Positions 26,591 through 40,500 of a DNA stretch of 64,000 nt are shown here, piece by piece. A model generated the notes under the pieces. That model ran no database searches. It saw only the letters and a program-made list of their open reading frames with translations, and was not told where the DNA came from. Numbering within the stretch: the first letter of the stretch is position 1; every line of letters begins with the position of its first letter. Both the position numbers and the translations under genes were made by a program. Source of the DNA: Saccostrea echinata (taxonomy: Eukaryota); assembly GCF_033153115.1 (NCBI RefSeq), contig NW_026889803.1:62992001-63056000 (forward strand), in the 5' to 3' direction.

Positions 26591-28804
26591 ATGGGGATAT
26601 CTGGATTAACAACCTTTATGGATGATAATCTTCATCTTCTGAAGGAATGGCGTCTGCATGATACCAAGGTGGTTATTGATGGTAATAATCTGTACCATCT
26701 TATCTTCTACAACAATCATGTAGATTTTCTGCATGGAGGAGATTATGATCAGTATGCCAGAAAAATTAAAGAATTTTTCACTCTCCTTCAATCCTGCAAC
26801 ATTCAGCCTTATGTTGTGTTTGATGGTGGATATGAGCAAGATGACAAAAAATTCCACACGATTTTAGGAAGAGTGCAGCAGAGACTTGAAATGGCTATCC
26901 GTCTAGCAAAGGGACAGAGGGGCAAAGTAATGCCGATCCTGGCCTATGAAACATTTAAGGAAGTTTTGTTACAAATACACATACCTTTTGCTGTGTGTGA
27001 TTTTGAAGCTGACAAAGAAATTGGAATCTTAGCTAATGATTTTGACTGCCCTGTTTTGTCATACGACAGTGATTTCTACATTCTGCCACTAAGTGCTGGT
27101 TTTATTCCATTTGACAGTGTTAATTTTACATTGCAAGAAAACACCAGAGAGGATGGTACTGCCTATCATTACCTGCCTGCCCGGAGGTACCATGTTGACA
27201 ATTTTGTGAAATTCTTCCCTTCCTTAGGAAGAGATGTTTTACCGTTGTTGGCTGCCCTCCTTGGAAATGATTATGTGGATATTCGTATTTTCCAGTCATT
27301 TTATTCATCAGTCAGATCGTATGAAGGAAGAACACAGTTTAGAATTCCAAAGTCTCATTTGAAAATCCAAAAGGTAATAAGCTGGCTAGAAAGTTTAGAG
27401 TCATACAAGGAAGGAATCGAAAAACTTATGGAAAGTGCAGGATCACCAGCACAGAAAGAGACCATTTCAGTAGCCATAAGAAAAACTATTGAAGCATTTA
27501 CAACCAGTGCAACTGATTCTGGATGCTCTCTTCATAAGTTCTTCAGAGATAATTATAGTACAGAAATGCAAAGTTTAGAGGTAAAAGTACCCTCTAGCTG
27601 GAATTTGGTCCAGGGCTATAATGGGTCAGTGATCCCTAGTTGGTTTTTACCCAGTCATCGACAGGGAATCCTTCCTCCCAGCTTCTTGGACGTCATAACA
27701 TTGCACAGAATATTTCTCTTACTCCAAGTGGAACATCCAAAATCCCAGTCGTCACATCAATGTTCTCTTAAACTAAGGCAGCTAATGTATGGAATTCTTC
27801 TTTCAGAGGATATTGCTGGTCTGGAAAAGAATGATGAGGTAGTGGTAAGCAGAAAATGTGGTGTAGAGGAGTATGATAGAGTTGGACTGGATTTAACCAA
27901 AAAAATTGTATTACCGGCCCGTGCTTTTGAAGGATATGGTCCGGTGCCAAGGCTTCCTGCAATACCAGACCTTTTATCCTCCTATAAAGAGAACTTCCTC
28001 CGTCAGGCACTAAACATACCACTCTTTGACACAGAGCACATGACTAAAGATCTTGAGCTTGTTTTAGGAATCATTCTATACTGGGTCAGGAATGCCAAAC
28101 CAAAAGTAACAGTTTATCATTTACAGGCTGCTGTGGTCTGTCTGATTATGTTGAAAGTAAAGTGGGTACTTATTCATCGTGGGCCTACAGGGACCAGGGA
28201 GAATCTGATAGAGACAGCTGTTCTGGAAACACCTACAGAAACTGTAAAGGAAGTCAGGACCAGGCTTCATCCATACAATGCAAGGCCTGAACACAGCAGC
28301 AAACACCCTGTAGACAGCGAACTGATCCATGGATTTGCTCAGTTCCAGTCCTGTATTCTGGTTGCTTTGCAATTTAACTTTCTTCTTCAGTGCCCTTTCC
28401 CTAGTCCCTACACTCCTCACATATTCTCTGGAACTTTTCTGTATAATTTTTGTCAAGAGCTTCAGAAGCGAAGAAGTCCAGACCTGTTTATATGTGAAAT
28501 GCTTGTGAAGGACTCCAAGCTTCCACAGGTTTACCAGTGCCTTTATGATGTATTGATAAATTCTCTTGAACCAGATGGTTTACTCTCTGACTCTAAATAT
28601 AAGAAGAGAAACAAATCTCACAAAGACAAGGGAAAGAAAAGCAAAAGGAATGCATCTGGTTCTAGCAATTCAAAAAGTCTGGAACTCTCCCCAGAGGTGG
28701 AAAAGAAAACTAAATTACAGGTGCGATACGTGGCAAACTGTCAACTGACCAACAGATTTGCGGGTCTGGTCTTAAGTGATGACAGCCAGGGAGAAAGTGA
28801 CTAG
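26591..28804 (+). CDS. ASTE1: Protein asteroid homolog 1 (XPG/FEN1-family PIN-like nuclease), single coding exon
   Basis: 737 aa with MGISGL, VIDGNNLYH, GGDY, VVFDGG, FEADKEI, SYDSDFY and LLGNDY motifs. A splice acceptor at 26570 lies just upstream of the ATG. Confidence 0.92.
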   Translation: MGISGLTTFMDDNLHLLKEWRLHDTKVVIDGNNLYHLIFYNNHVDFLHGGDYDQYARKIKEFFTLLQSCNIQPYVVFDGGYEQDDKKFHTILGRVQQRLEMAIRLAKGQRGKVMPILAYETFKEVLLQIHIPFAVCDFEADKEIGILANDFDCPVLSYDSDFYILPLSAGFIPFDSVNFTLQENTREDGTAYHYLPARRYHVDNFVKFFPSLGRDVLPLLAALLGNDYVDIRIFQSFYSSVRSYEGRTQFRIPKSHLKIQKVISWLESLESYKEGIEKLMESAGSPAQKETISVAIRKTIEAFTTSATDSGCSLHKFFRDNYSTEMQSLEVKVPSSWNLVQGYNGSVIPSWFLPSHRQGILPPSFLDVITLHRIFLLLQVEHPKSQSSHQCSLKLRQLMYGILLSEDIAGLEKNDEVVVSRKCGVEEYDRVGLDLTKKIVLPARAFEGYGPVPRLPAIPDLLSSYKENFLRQALNIPLFDTEHMTKDLELVLGIILYWVRNAKPKVTVYHLQAAVVCLIMLKVKWVLIHRGPTGTRENLIETAVLETPTETVKEVRTRLHPYNARPEHSSKHPVDSELIHGFAQFQSCILVALQFNFLLQCPFPSPYTPHIFSGTFLYNFCQELQKRRSPDLFICEMLVKDSKLPQVYQCLYDVLINSLEPDGLLSDSKYKKRNKSHKDKGKKSKRNASGSSNSKSLELSPEVEKKTKLQVRYVANCQLTNRFAGLVLSDDSQGESD

Positions 28805-29526
28805 AAGTGCAATTTATTTATTTCAAAGATTAGAGATTGAAATGTTTACATACCTTTTATATTTGTCTGGTTTTAAGCTTGATTATTATAATTTTTTTAT
28901 CATCTTTGTTTTGCACTTCATATGAATCAGTAATGAATTAGTAAATTTGAACATGCTGAACCTTAAATTAGAAAATACAGGTATTATGCTGGTATGCAAT
29001 GAGTCATTTATAATTTATATCATACATTACCTGTTTAATGTTCATTAAGGCCCAACAAGAATTTGAAAGTGCCCTATAGTAATCACTGTCTATCTGTCTG
29101 TCCTTTCATCTGTCTGTCTGTCAATCTCTCCATCCACATTTTTTCTGGGTTTTTGTAGTAACTTTTTTCAATTATTGTCCTGTTTTGTTCAAATTTGGTA
29201 TGTTTGTGGAATGAGCAGCAGGTTAAGCTGTTAGGAGCTGAGGTGGTGTGAAAGATTCCTAACTTTAGTTTGAATACGCAAAGAGAGGTAACTGCTGAAA
29301 ATGTTTCTTCTGTAAACTGTATAAAAGAATGACAGCAGAAGTGAGTCCTATTCCTACAAGTAAGAGCCTCGGTTAACATCCCAATGCTCTTTATATATCT
29401 CTTTGCATGTTACTAAGAGTACAGTGAGTCCCCTGGGGGTTCATTATCTTGCTGAAGAAAATCCAGAGCCAAATCTTTATCTGTTACCTTTAATTAAATA
29501 ACATATAACATTTTCTGTGATTGTAA

Positions 29527-29557
<31 letters not shown>

Positions 29558-29793
29558 TGATTAAGGACATATTTTTTTTCATTACTGCCTTATACAAGGA
29601 TACTTTTAATTTTATGACGGGTACATATAGTTGGATAATTAAATAAACTCTATTATTGCTGAAAATATTCTTATTGTAAACCTTGTATAAAAGTGCAGTG
29701 AGTCCCATGGGCATGATTTTATTGCTTGCTGCAGAAAATCACAGCCCATTATCTATCACATTAAGATTAATTAACACCTCTATCTGCAAATTT

Positions 29794-30775
29794 AACAAGA
29801 TGTGTTTGTGAAACACTGATGCCCCTGTACGGCAACGTACTGTGAAGGTTAAACTTTCTCAAATGCAAATCAAATGTATGTTGGTACCCAAAGTAAGGTC
29901 TTATCTCGAGGAATATACCTATGAAATATGAAAGCCCTATCAGCAACCATTGAATAGATATGGAAATGGTTCAAGTTTTTTCAAAAGTAAGTCAAACATC
30001 AAGTAAAATGGTCAAAATTAATGGTGCCCAAGGAAAGGCCTTCTCATAAGAAATACACATGTGAAATATGAAAGCCCTAGAACCAACTGTTCAAAAGTTA
30101 TGGCCAAGGTAAAAAATTTTCAAAAGTAGGTCAAACTCCAAGGTCAAGAACAATGGATTACAATTGTTGATATCCAAAGGAAGGTCTTATCACAAGAATT
30201 ACATGCATGAAGTATGAAAGCCCTAGCACCAACTATTCAAAAGTTATGGCCAAGGTTAAAGTTTTCCAAAAGTAGGTCAAACTCCAGGGTCAAGGTGAAT
30301 GGGCTATTATTGTTGGTATCCAAAGGAAGGTCTTGTCACAAGAAATACACACGTGAAGTATGAAAGCCCTAGCACCAATTGTTAAACATTATGGGCAAGG
30401 TTAAAGTTTTTCAAAAGTAAGTAAATCTCCAAGGTCAAGGAAAAGGGCCAAAGTTGTTGATATCTAAAGGAAGGTCTTGTCACAGGGATTACACATGTAA
30501 TGTATGAAAGCCCTAGCTCCAATTGTTCAAAAGTTATGGCCAAGGTTAAAGGTGGTTTAAGTTTTGCAAAACTGAGTCAAATTCCAAGGTCAAGGTCAAA
30601 AGGCCAAATATGATGGTACCAAAAGAAAGGTCTTGTCACAAGGAATACGCAGGTGAAATATGAAAGTCATGGCTCCTACCAATCAAAAGTTATGGGCAAT
30701 GTTAAAGTTTTTGCGGACAAACAGATAGACAGACAAACGGACGGACAGGGCAAAAATTATATACCCCCGAATCTC
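29794..30775. mobile_element. HINE-type element, third family
   Basis: aacaagatgtgtttgtgaaacac start, about 150-bp tatgaaagccctagcacc...ggtcaaactccaaggtcaag units, and an acag/ggac tract. Confidence 0.8.
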
Positions 30776-31207
30776 CTTCCACATTTTCAAGTTGAGGTAT
30801 TCTGATCCTTTAAACTGCATCTTAGATGTATATTCCTCTGCGGGACCCTTGCTGACTGGTCAGTTTTTTAATTTCTTATATAAATAGGAATATATTTTTA
30901 ACTGATGCTATGTTTTACATGTATAATGTATATCATATATCCATACTAAAGATGAGTTATTAAATATATGCATTTGAATCATGTTAATCAAGTTTATATA
31001 CACATGTAGTACAACTTTGATATGGATTTTACTTATTGATGGAAATACATGTAATTTTAAAGTGCTGATGCTGAAGTCCGGGATGTAATAGGAACATGTC
31101 CACAACATCTGCTTGGTTGGCATGGTATATTACATGAAAGAAGTAAGATTGGTTTTGTTAATTTTGGATGAACAAGGTGTGTGAAATTCCTATTGTTTCG
31201 CTATATA

Positions 31208-32110
31208 AACAAGATGTGTTTGTGAAACACTGATGCCCCCGTATGGCAACTAATAGCAACGGTTAAACTTTCTCAAATGCAAATCAAATACGTTGGTACC
31301 AAAAGTAAGGTCTTGTCTTGAAGAATATACCTGTGAAATATGAAAGCCCTAGCAGCAACCGTTGAATAATTATAGAAAAGGTTAAAGTTTTTTTTTTCAA
31401 AAGTATGTCAAACATCAAGGTCAAATGGTCAAAATTAATGGTGCTTAAGGAAAGGCCTTCTCCCAAGAAATACACATGTGAAATATGACAAATGAAGCAC
31501 CAATCGTTCAATGACCAAGGTTAATGTTTTTCAAAAGTTGGTCAAACTCCAAAGTCAAGGTCAATGGATTACAATTGTTGGTATCCAAAGAAAGGTCTCG
31601 TCACAAGGAATAGACATTTTAAATATGAAAGCCCTAGCAACAACTGTTTAAAAGTTCTGTCCAAGGTGAAAGTTTTCAAAAAGTAGGTCAAGCTCTAAGG
31701 TCAAGATCAATGGATTATAACTGTTGGTATCCAAAGGAAGGTCTTGTCACATGGATTACATATGTGAAGTATGAAAGCCCTAGCACCAACCGTTTAAAAG
31801 TTAAGGCCAATGTTAAAGTTTTCCAAAAGTAGGTCAAACTCCAAAGTCAAGGTCAAAGAGTCAAAGGTGTTGGTATTCAAAGAAAGGTCTTGTCACAAGG
31901 ATTACATATGTGAAGTATGAAAGCCCTAACACCAACCGATCAAAAGTTATGACCAAGGTTCAAGTATTCCAAAAGTAGGTCAAACTCCAAGGTCTAGGTC
32001 AAAGGGTCAAATTTGTTGGTATTCAAAGGAAGGTCTTGTTACAGTGATTACACGTGTGAAGTATGAAAGCTCTATCACCAATTGTTCAAAAGTTATGATC
32101 AAGGTTAAAG
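31208..32110. mobile_element. Truncated HINE-type element, third family
   Basis: Same start and units as 29794-30775, with the end missing. Confidence 0.78.
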
Positions 32111-34304
32111 TTGGGTAAGACTCTGGTAAGTTATACGCTATCTATATGTGATCACTATAAATGTTTTCACATAGGTTGAAGTGATAAATTCTTATTTACT
32201 GATTAAACTGAGATTTCGACAAAGTGGAAGTCCGCGTCGAAGCACATTTTATGTTAAGACCGCGGAATATTAACTGGCAAGATTGGAAATATACAGTCAA
32301 AACATTTAATGATAGACAATGAAATGAGCGCGGGCGTCTGAGAAAACTTTGGATTGAATTTCTAGTTCGAAATTCATTTTCAATCCACCTCAGCTACTCT
32401 CATACACACAGTGTTACTGATTGATCCAGAAGACACATAATATCTATTTTGGAATAGTTTGAAATTATATGAATCAAAACTTTTATGACCAATGTTAATT
32501 TTTAAAGAAATGAATAGTTGACGACCTTTTGATTCGTGTGTGGGAGAGGGGACTGGCAGGTCTTGTAAATAAACAAGAAAGGTTAGGTTTTGAGTTTTGA
32601 CATCCTCGCTCCCCATCCTCTCAGCCCTGATGGTTTTGTTTGTTATACATTTTTGTCAGTGTAGATCAAAATAAATAATATCTCTTTATCCTAGAAATAA
32701 ATATACAATGTACTCTATTTTGTGAAGACGTGAACAGAAATAAATTTACCCCCCCCCCCCCTTTAGAACTCCTTGGCCGTGTCCTGAAACTTGTATATCT
32801 GTAACTTGCGTGTCTTTAAAAAATATTGGATAGAGATTCGGATCTAAATTAGTTTTAAAATAATTAGGAATTGAACTTTTTGTCTTTCGGATAAAAAAAA
32901 TTAACACAGCATATGAAAATAGCAAAGGTTGATTGAAAATCAACGTCTATAAACTAGAATTTCAATCCAGTGTTTTTTCTGACGTTCGTGACGAATTGTA
33001 TCCGTTCATTTCATTGTATATCATCAAATATTTTACTGCAACAAATGGAAATGACTAAGCTGCATATTACCCATCAAGCCATGCGCGGATCTGGGGATGT
33101 GTGTGTAAATCTACCTGTAACTAAAAAGGTTTCTCAGTATATAGAAAAAAGATCCAGATTGTCAACATGATAATAAGAATCGTCAGATAGAATAGACAAA
33201 CATGGTCCTAATCATATTTCATTATCCTTGTGCTGTTATAAAATTTTATCGTCAATGAAACAAAATTAATTACTCATTGAAATGAAGTTCATTATTATCA
33301 ACAGAACATCCTTCTCCGTCATGTCCAAATAAAAACCTCCGAGGATTTTTCTCGACTTGACGGAAAAGCTTTTGCATCTTTATACATTCAGTGCCTACGT
33401 CACAAACAATTATCATTACAATGACCTCTATGACGTCATATACAAAGATCTTAAACGTCACAATACGCCGTAGCAACTTTGTTTAGGAAAGTTTGTAAGA
33501 ACATTGGCAAAATGCTGGAAAGCATTAGAAAAGCGCTGGTAAGTTACACGCTTTCTTAATGCATGTATACTTTGTAGCTGTATGTAACCCTTCTGATCTC
33601 AATATTTTTCACAAAGTTCTTGTTAGATATTTATCGTTAATTAGACTGTTTTCAACATGAGCCTGCCTAAGCACATTTAGACATTAGATCGAACTTTTTT
33701 TTCTATTTCCTTAATTAATCTACTCTCCTACAGAGAGTCGAAAGTTTTCCCAACAATTTTCGGAAAAAAATTTAAAAAAAAAACATTGTGAAGGGAAATA
33801 TTTATCGGGGAATTTCTTTACCACACTTTGTAATCAAGATACACTAAGATGTAATTCATTAATGACGATAGTACCAGTAAATTCTTACTAGCTCTGTACG
33901 TATGTTACATAATCCATGCAGTTTATCTAAGTTTTAAAAAATATCGTATTTCTATCTTTTGAAGTTTACAAAGAAATATGATATTTCAAAAACTGCTGAT
34001 ATTAGCTGCATTATGTTTGAATTTCAAATCATATTAAGACTGGTTTAAAAAGAACACACAATACACCAAAGGCGTCATCTTGAAACTGTCTTTTGGTTTG
34101 ACAAAAACGCCCGCTTTAGCAGGGTTGGGGGGGGGGGGGCTTGAGTGATTCCTGGAAGTCTCTGATCTGGGTACCTGTAGTTTCGGCATTTTTGTTGGCA
34201 TTATTATAATCATCTAACAATTCACTAGCTGCACCATGTAAATCAAACCAGAAAACTATCAACAGTGTTCACATGTGAGACTCGGTTCATCTCTCCCCTC
34301 TCTT

Positions 34305-35420
34305 TAGAGCTCACTTGAGATGAAAGCTCACATAAGCTTATTCTGATCATACTCTGTCCGCCGTGTGTCTAATAGATATAGCTGTCCGTCCGTCTGTAAC
34401 CTTTTTTGTCCCCCACTTTAGCGAAAGCGAGGGGACATTAAATCTCATTCGTCTGCCAGTCTGTCCGTTTGTCAGTCTGTATGTCATAAACACTTTAACC
34501 TTGGCCAAAACTTTTGAATGATAAGAGATAGAGCTTTCATATTTCACATGGATATTACCTGTGATAAGACCTTTCTAAAAATACAATGAGTTTTGACCCA
34601 GTGACCTAGACCTTGAAGTTCGACCTACTTTTCAACAATTCTAACATTACTTAAAATTGGACATAACTTCTGAATGAGAAAAGATAGGGCTTTCTTATTA
34701 CACATGTATATTACCAGTGACAAGACCCTTTCCAAATGTACTACGATTTTTGACCCCGTGACCTTGAAGTTTGACCTACTTTTCAAAAAAATATATTTGC
34801 TCATAACTTTTGACTGAGAAGAGATAAGGCTTTCATATTTGACACGTACATTACCTGTGATATGGTGTTTCCGAGCATGCTTTGATTTTTACCCCATCGA
34901 CCTTCATGTTTGACCTAATTTTCAAAAAATTTTATTTTGGTGATTACTTTTGAATGACATCTGATATGGTGTTTATATTTGACAAGACTTAGTGCATTAC
35001 CTGTGTCAAAATGTTTCTGAATGTGCTATGATATTTGACCCCGTGACCTTGACCTTCAAGTTTGGCATTATTTTCAAACATTTCATCAGTCTTGCTAACT
35101 TCTGAAGGAGCGAAGAAAGGGCATTCATATTTTCATATTTGACATGTATATTACATGTACCTGTGAGCATTTCCAATTGTACAATGATTTTTAATCCCAT
35201 GACCTTGACCTAATTTTGAAAAATTTTAACATTGTTAATTTTTGATATGAAGGTATGACATTTACATTGGACTTGTGCATTACCTGTTTCAAGACCTTTC
35301 CGATTGTATACTGTGGTTTTTGAATTTTTTTTCACATGTGCATAACTTGTGACAAGACTTTTTGGATTTTATTTTGATATTTGATGTAGATCTGAGAAAC
35401 TATAATCTTTGCCATAACTG
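34305..35420. mobile_element. Degenerate HINE-type elements (composite)
   Basis: tagagctcacttgagatgaaagctca end, gtcc/gtct tracts, and tgaccttgacc...gacctactttt units. Confidence 0.6.
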
Positions 35421-36276
35421 TTATTAATTCAGTAATTTATGTCTCTTTTGTATAATGCACATAATGAATAATGGCATCCCACCCACTAAGACACCCAAAG
35501 CGGGGGGCCACAATTCTTGGAAGAACTACGCACGCTTACATTTTACACCCATTTAATTCATTACTATAGACAATTTTGCCATTAAAACTACTTTGCATGA
35601 AAAGAAGAGTTCAATTGTCATTGATTAATAATTTTAAAATGTGTCAATAATTAATTACTCTTAATTACAACACTTTTTATAATGGGGGGGGGGGGGTTAG
35701 ATGATGTTTTCCATTGAAATCAGTGTTTTAAAAAAACATCCCCAGGTTTTAAAATATTCTTGGATATTGATAAATGTCCCTTAAATCTGTTTGTTCGAAT
35801 AACTCCTGTAAAATTAAACATATATGATTGATTAAGTACAATTTCTTAGTTGTAAACCCCTTTGAAATTTTTGATAAAATGATCACTTTTGCTGTTTTTG
35901 TCTGTAAACATATGTTTCCCCCCATGAAACAACAAAAGCTTTGGTATAAATTTGCTAAATAACAATTCTCAATACATGTAAAAAGGAATTTTTGTTTCGG
36001 GGGGGGGGGGGGGTTAAAAACATTTTCCGTTTTCAAAATTTATATAGTTATCTCTCTTTGTTTTCCCAAATAAGTAATGTTTTGTGTAAATCCATATAAA
36101 TATCTATATAAATATGAAAAATCAATCAAGTATGTTAACTTTTGAAAATTGACTTGGAGGTAGGCGGGAGAACAATACTATTGTTCGCAGTTTGCTTGTT
36201 TACTTTTTCAACTTCTCTAGAAGAAATAAACTAATGCATAGTGTAGACATATGTCTTTAAATAACATTTGAAGACC

Positions 36277-36307
<31 letters not shown>

Positions 36308-37579
36308 AACATGTGAAAGCTCAAAAATATTTTTTTTAAGAACAACAACTTCAGAACAGCGGGACCAAAAACTAGTTACATTTTCTGAGTATATGCAAGC
36401 ATCTACGGGTAGTGTAGATTCAAGTTTAACTCAGTCTCTACTGGGTTTCACAATAGAAGATCAAGATTCTACATGGAACACAATTTTTAAAATCTTCTCA
36501 AGAACAACAGGACTAGGATATGTCTTATCATTTAAAATTCTAAGTTTAATTTATTAATATTTTCAACATGTAGATTGTGAAAAATGTTGCGATTCTATAT
36601 AGAATAAAAGTCATTGTTGTAATCATTTTTGTATGGCTGCATGATGACTTTTTTGCTGGTCAACTGCATTAAATATAGAATTAATTTATTTATTTTCAAG
36701 ATTTCACCAGGATCACAGCACTTTTCAAAAAGCTTACTATTTCTAGAATTGATGTGTGAATGTTTACACGTACTTTGATCCAATGAGTGTTTGCCCTTGC
36801 ACTAGAACGATTTATTAAGATCCTTACATTATGACAGTATACTAGAAAATGTACGGAAAATATATCAATAAAATCATAAAATAGACAATTGCATCCAAGC
36901 TAACGGCCTCTTAGATATCTGCGAATAATATTTTATTTGATTATAAAAAAAATTTCGTTGTGAAAATATTACTTGATCGGCCTCTCACTGCATATAAACT
37001 CCGGCAAGTTCTACGAAATGACGCCATATCGACAAGTGCAGCGATCATATACCTTGATATGTGGGGTTTAACTCCCGATAAAATACCATATTATAGTAAG
37101 TTTTAATGTAGTTTAATTTTCTTTTACAGTTTAAAATCGCAAATCATTTCATTTTGTGGTATTTTAAAGAAATTTAGATTCCTGTGATGTTATAGTTAAT
37201 TTCCCGTATAAATTAGGCCCTACCTCCTTTTTGTGGCCTTAACTGTGCTACGATGTGTAAAGAGGGAAAAGCTGTTTAAAAGTTTCTTTTAAGAAACAGC
37301 AAGATGACTCAGGTGAGCGATATGGCCCATAAATAGGCATCGTCATTATCGGCCGCAGCAGCGGCCGGTCTATTTGTGGTTGTGTTAGAATGTGCACATG
37401 GGGAAATGAGACTTTATTTTTTCATTGCTTTAATGGAATAATTCCTTACTGATAACATACATAAAAGTTATAAATAAAGATTTTAAAAATTTGCTTAATA
37501 TGGTTGTTATAATGTTTCAATTTGTTTTTCATTCCCCATCAGATATCAATTAATTTATGATGTTATAAAAAGTTGTTAC

Positions 37580-40500
37580 ATGATCTGCTCCCCAACATGG
37601 GCGAGGGTAAGATATAAAAGCAAAAATTATAAAGTTTCCGGATATGAATTGCAGTGCCTAAACTAATTAATAATTGTAAGAAGTTTAAGAATCGCATTTT
37701 GTTTTGAATACACTACAACTGCAAATGACACAATGATTTGTTTTCCTGCACTTTATATTTATTGTGATTCATATCATCGGCATTACCACGTGACAAAGAT
37801 CCAGGGTATCAGCACGTGAAGTTTCTACATCCTTTTTTTGTCAGCATCCAAGCATTCATAATAAATATTTTTTTTATATTTGTCTTCTTATGCCTCCTAT
37901 CTTCATATCTATGACTTTTCATACCAACTTAACACGAATCCGCGTTTTCTAGGGGGTCCAAGGTCACTTCTAGTTGGTTTAGTACATATATTAAATAACT
38001 CTACAAATTCCAGAGGGGGGGGGGGTCCGGACCCCACCAACCCCCAACCCCCCTCTAGACCCATGCTTGTAAAACATAACTTATTTTGGAAAACAAAGAG
38101 ATATACGTCTTTAATTTGAGAAAATTTTTCACCATAGAAATTGTCGGAAAATGGAAATTGATTTTCAAAACATCCTCCCCCGCGAAACAACAAACAACAA
38201 ATCCTTTTTTCAGTTTTTCTGAATTGAAAACGTTATTTCACAGATTCATTCCAAAGGTTTTGTTGTCTCACGGGGGGGGGGGGGGGGGGGGGCACGTGTC
38301 TAAAGATTAAAAACAGGAAAATAGTCATATTTACTTTATCACTTTATCAATCTCATATGTTGAATTTTACATAAGTTAAACATACGGTGAGATTTAATTA
38401 AGAGCCATTTATCCATCTCCATGAGTATTTGAAAATCTGGTGATGTTTACGTTTTCAGCCTGATTTCAATTGAAAAAATTTTCTACCCCCTTATGAAAGG
38501 AGTTGTAAATAAGAGCAATTTACATTTTGTCACTGGTTTTTAAATTTTAATTAATTAGTAGGGTTTTGAGATTAAATACAAAATCAACACTAATATATCC
38601 ATTTCTCGCATCAATTTTCTTTTACATCTTCTGAAGAAATGTCATTTATAAATTCATAGAAGTCCCCCTCTGCGTCCATGTTTTTTATCTGTCAGTCAAG
38701 ATCACAGGTTCCTGAGTAACATGACTATATATGTATAATTTTGCGTTATAACGCGAAAGTTTTGCGTTTATTCACGAAAATTTCGCGTTATAACGCGAAA
38801 GTTACGCGTTATAACGCGAAAGTTACGCGTTATAACGCGAAAGTTACGCGTTTATTCGCGAAAACATATAGCTAATTTTAATGTTAAGCATGTGTGTCTG
38901 TTCTAATAACACTCAAGCGTGCCCTAAATTCTTACGTAGGCAAAAAAGGTCTTTTTAGCTCACCAGAGGCACTTTCGGTCAACTTTGGCCTGAGATTGTT
39001 AAGAAATCAGTAGTGAATGTTGGATTGTAGAACCTCTGAACCGTTCAAGACAAACGTAAAAGCTTTGTAATGAGTGAACTTTCAAGTTTCTAGTGTTGAT
39101 TATATCAATATACCAAATTACCCACGATTTCTTGTCATGTCCCCAGACCTAAAGAGGATCTATAAAAGTGGGCCAAGCTTTGACATAGGAATATATAGGA
39201 AAACTCCTTAAAACACACTTTTCAAGGACAGAAATGTTAAAGTAAGTCTTTTAAAATTATTTGTTCACACCATGGCCCTAGCAGCTAGGGCAGGCGCGGA
39301 TCCAGAATTTTTTTTCCAGGAGGGTCCACCCCAGTCACAAAATAAATTTCTAACTAGAAATTTCTTGACAAGCATTAAAAAAAAACTAATTTCCCTTCCC
39401 AAACGTATTAAACGCAGAAAAAAAAAAACCAAACAAGAAAACAAAAAACAAAAACAAAAAACAAAAAAACCTCGTAAAATCCATAACCCAGAGGTGAAAA
39501 AAACATTTCGTGGTGGCGATGGTGGGGTCCACTTTTTCGGGGGGGGGGGGGTTGTTCCAAAGTCATTTTTTATTTGCTTCAGTATCTTTTTTATAATAAA
39601 TCTGCAAATTCCAGGGGGAGGGGGTCCGACCCCCCTCCCCGACCCCCATCTAGATCCACATGTAGGGTAGGTCAAATTGAAAGGGGATCAAAGGTTTACA
39701 TTATCAAAGGCGGTCATACCGATATATGTTTAAGTTTGTTCAAAACATGGACCCTGGATGAGGTTTGGCTATTTTGGGGGGAGGGGGTTAAGTTGATCTG
39801 ATCAAGAAAAGGGGGGATCACAGTTACATGTATAGTTGCTATACTCGAATAACAATTTAATGACGATTCAAGTTTTTTTTTTTCAAATCTTGCCCTTTCA
39901 AATTTGGAGGTAAAATATGGGATCAAAGAGTCACAATATGGGGTCAATTTTACCAAGGGATATATTTGGAAAATGCTTTATAAACTTTTTCAAGAAGTTT
40001 ATCGTATAGATTAACAACCATTCACACGAAGTGTTACACTGAGTGTATATTCAAGTTTGATAAAGTATTTGCGTCCGGGGCAAGAGAGAGGCAACAATTT
40101 AAACCAATACTGGTGACCAAAGCACTATATGGGAATAAACAGGAAAAATTAATAGAATCTTCTAAATACAGAAGTGCCGAGGTAACTTGAGAAATTGCTG
40201 TGGCGGTAATGTGCCCCTTATTAATTGTACATATAAATACATACTTCATTGTAAATACCCTCTTCAGTTACACTTTGTAAAAAAATATTTTTTAAAATTT
40301 TTTAATATCTTTTTTCAGTTGGTGGAAGAGAAATACATTAAAATATTTGATAGTGTGTTGGCTGAGTTGATGAAAGTTGTAGATATGGTAATATTTAATA
40401 CTGTTCATCATAATATGTAAAATGTACATAATCACAAGTAACAATTGAGTCTTAGAAATCGAATAATTGCAAGAAATTCAAAACAGAATACATGTATCTA

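Noticed and set aside
39265-39801. Overlapping Lys/Gly/Pro-rich ORFs
   Set aside because: They come from homopolymer runs inside a MITE-like element.
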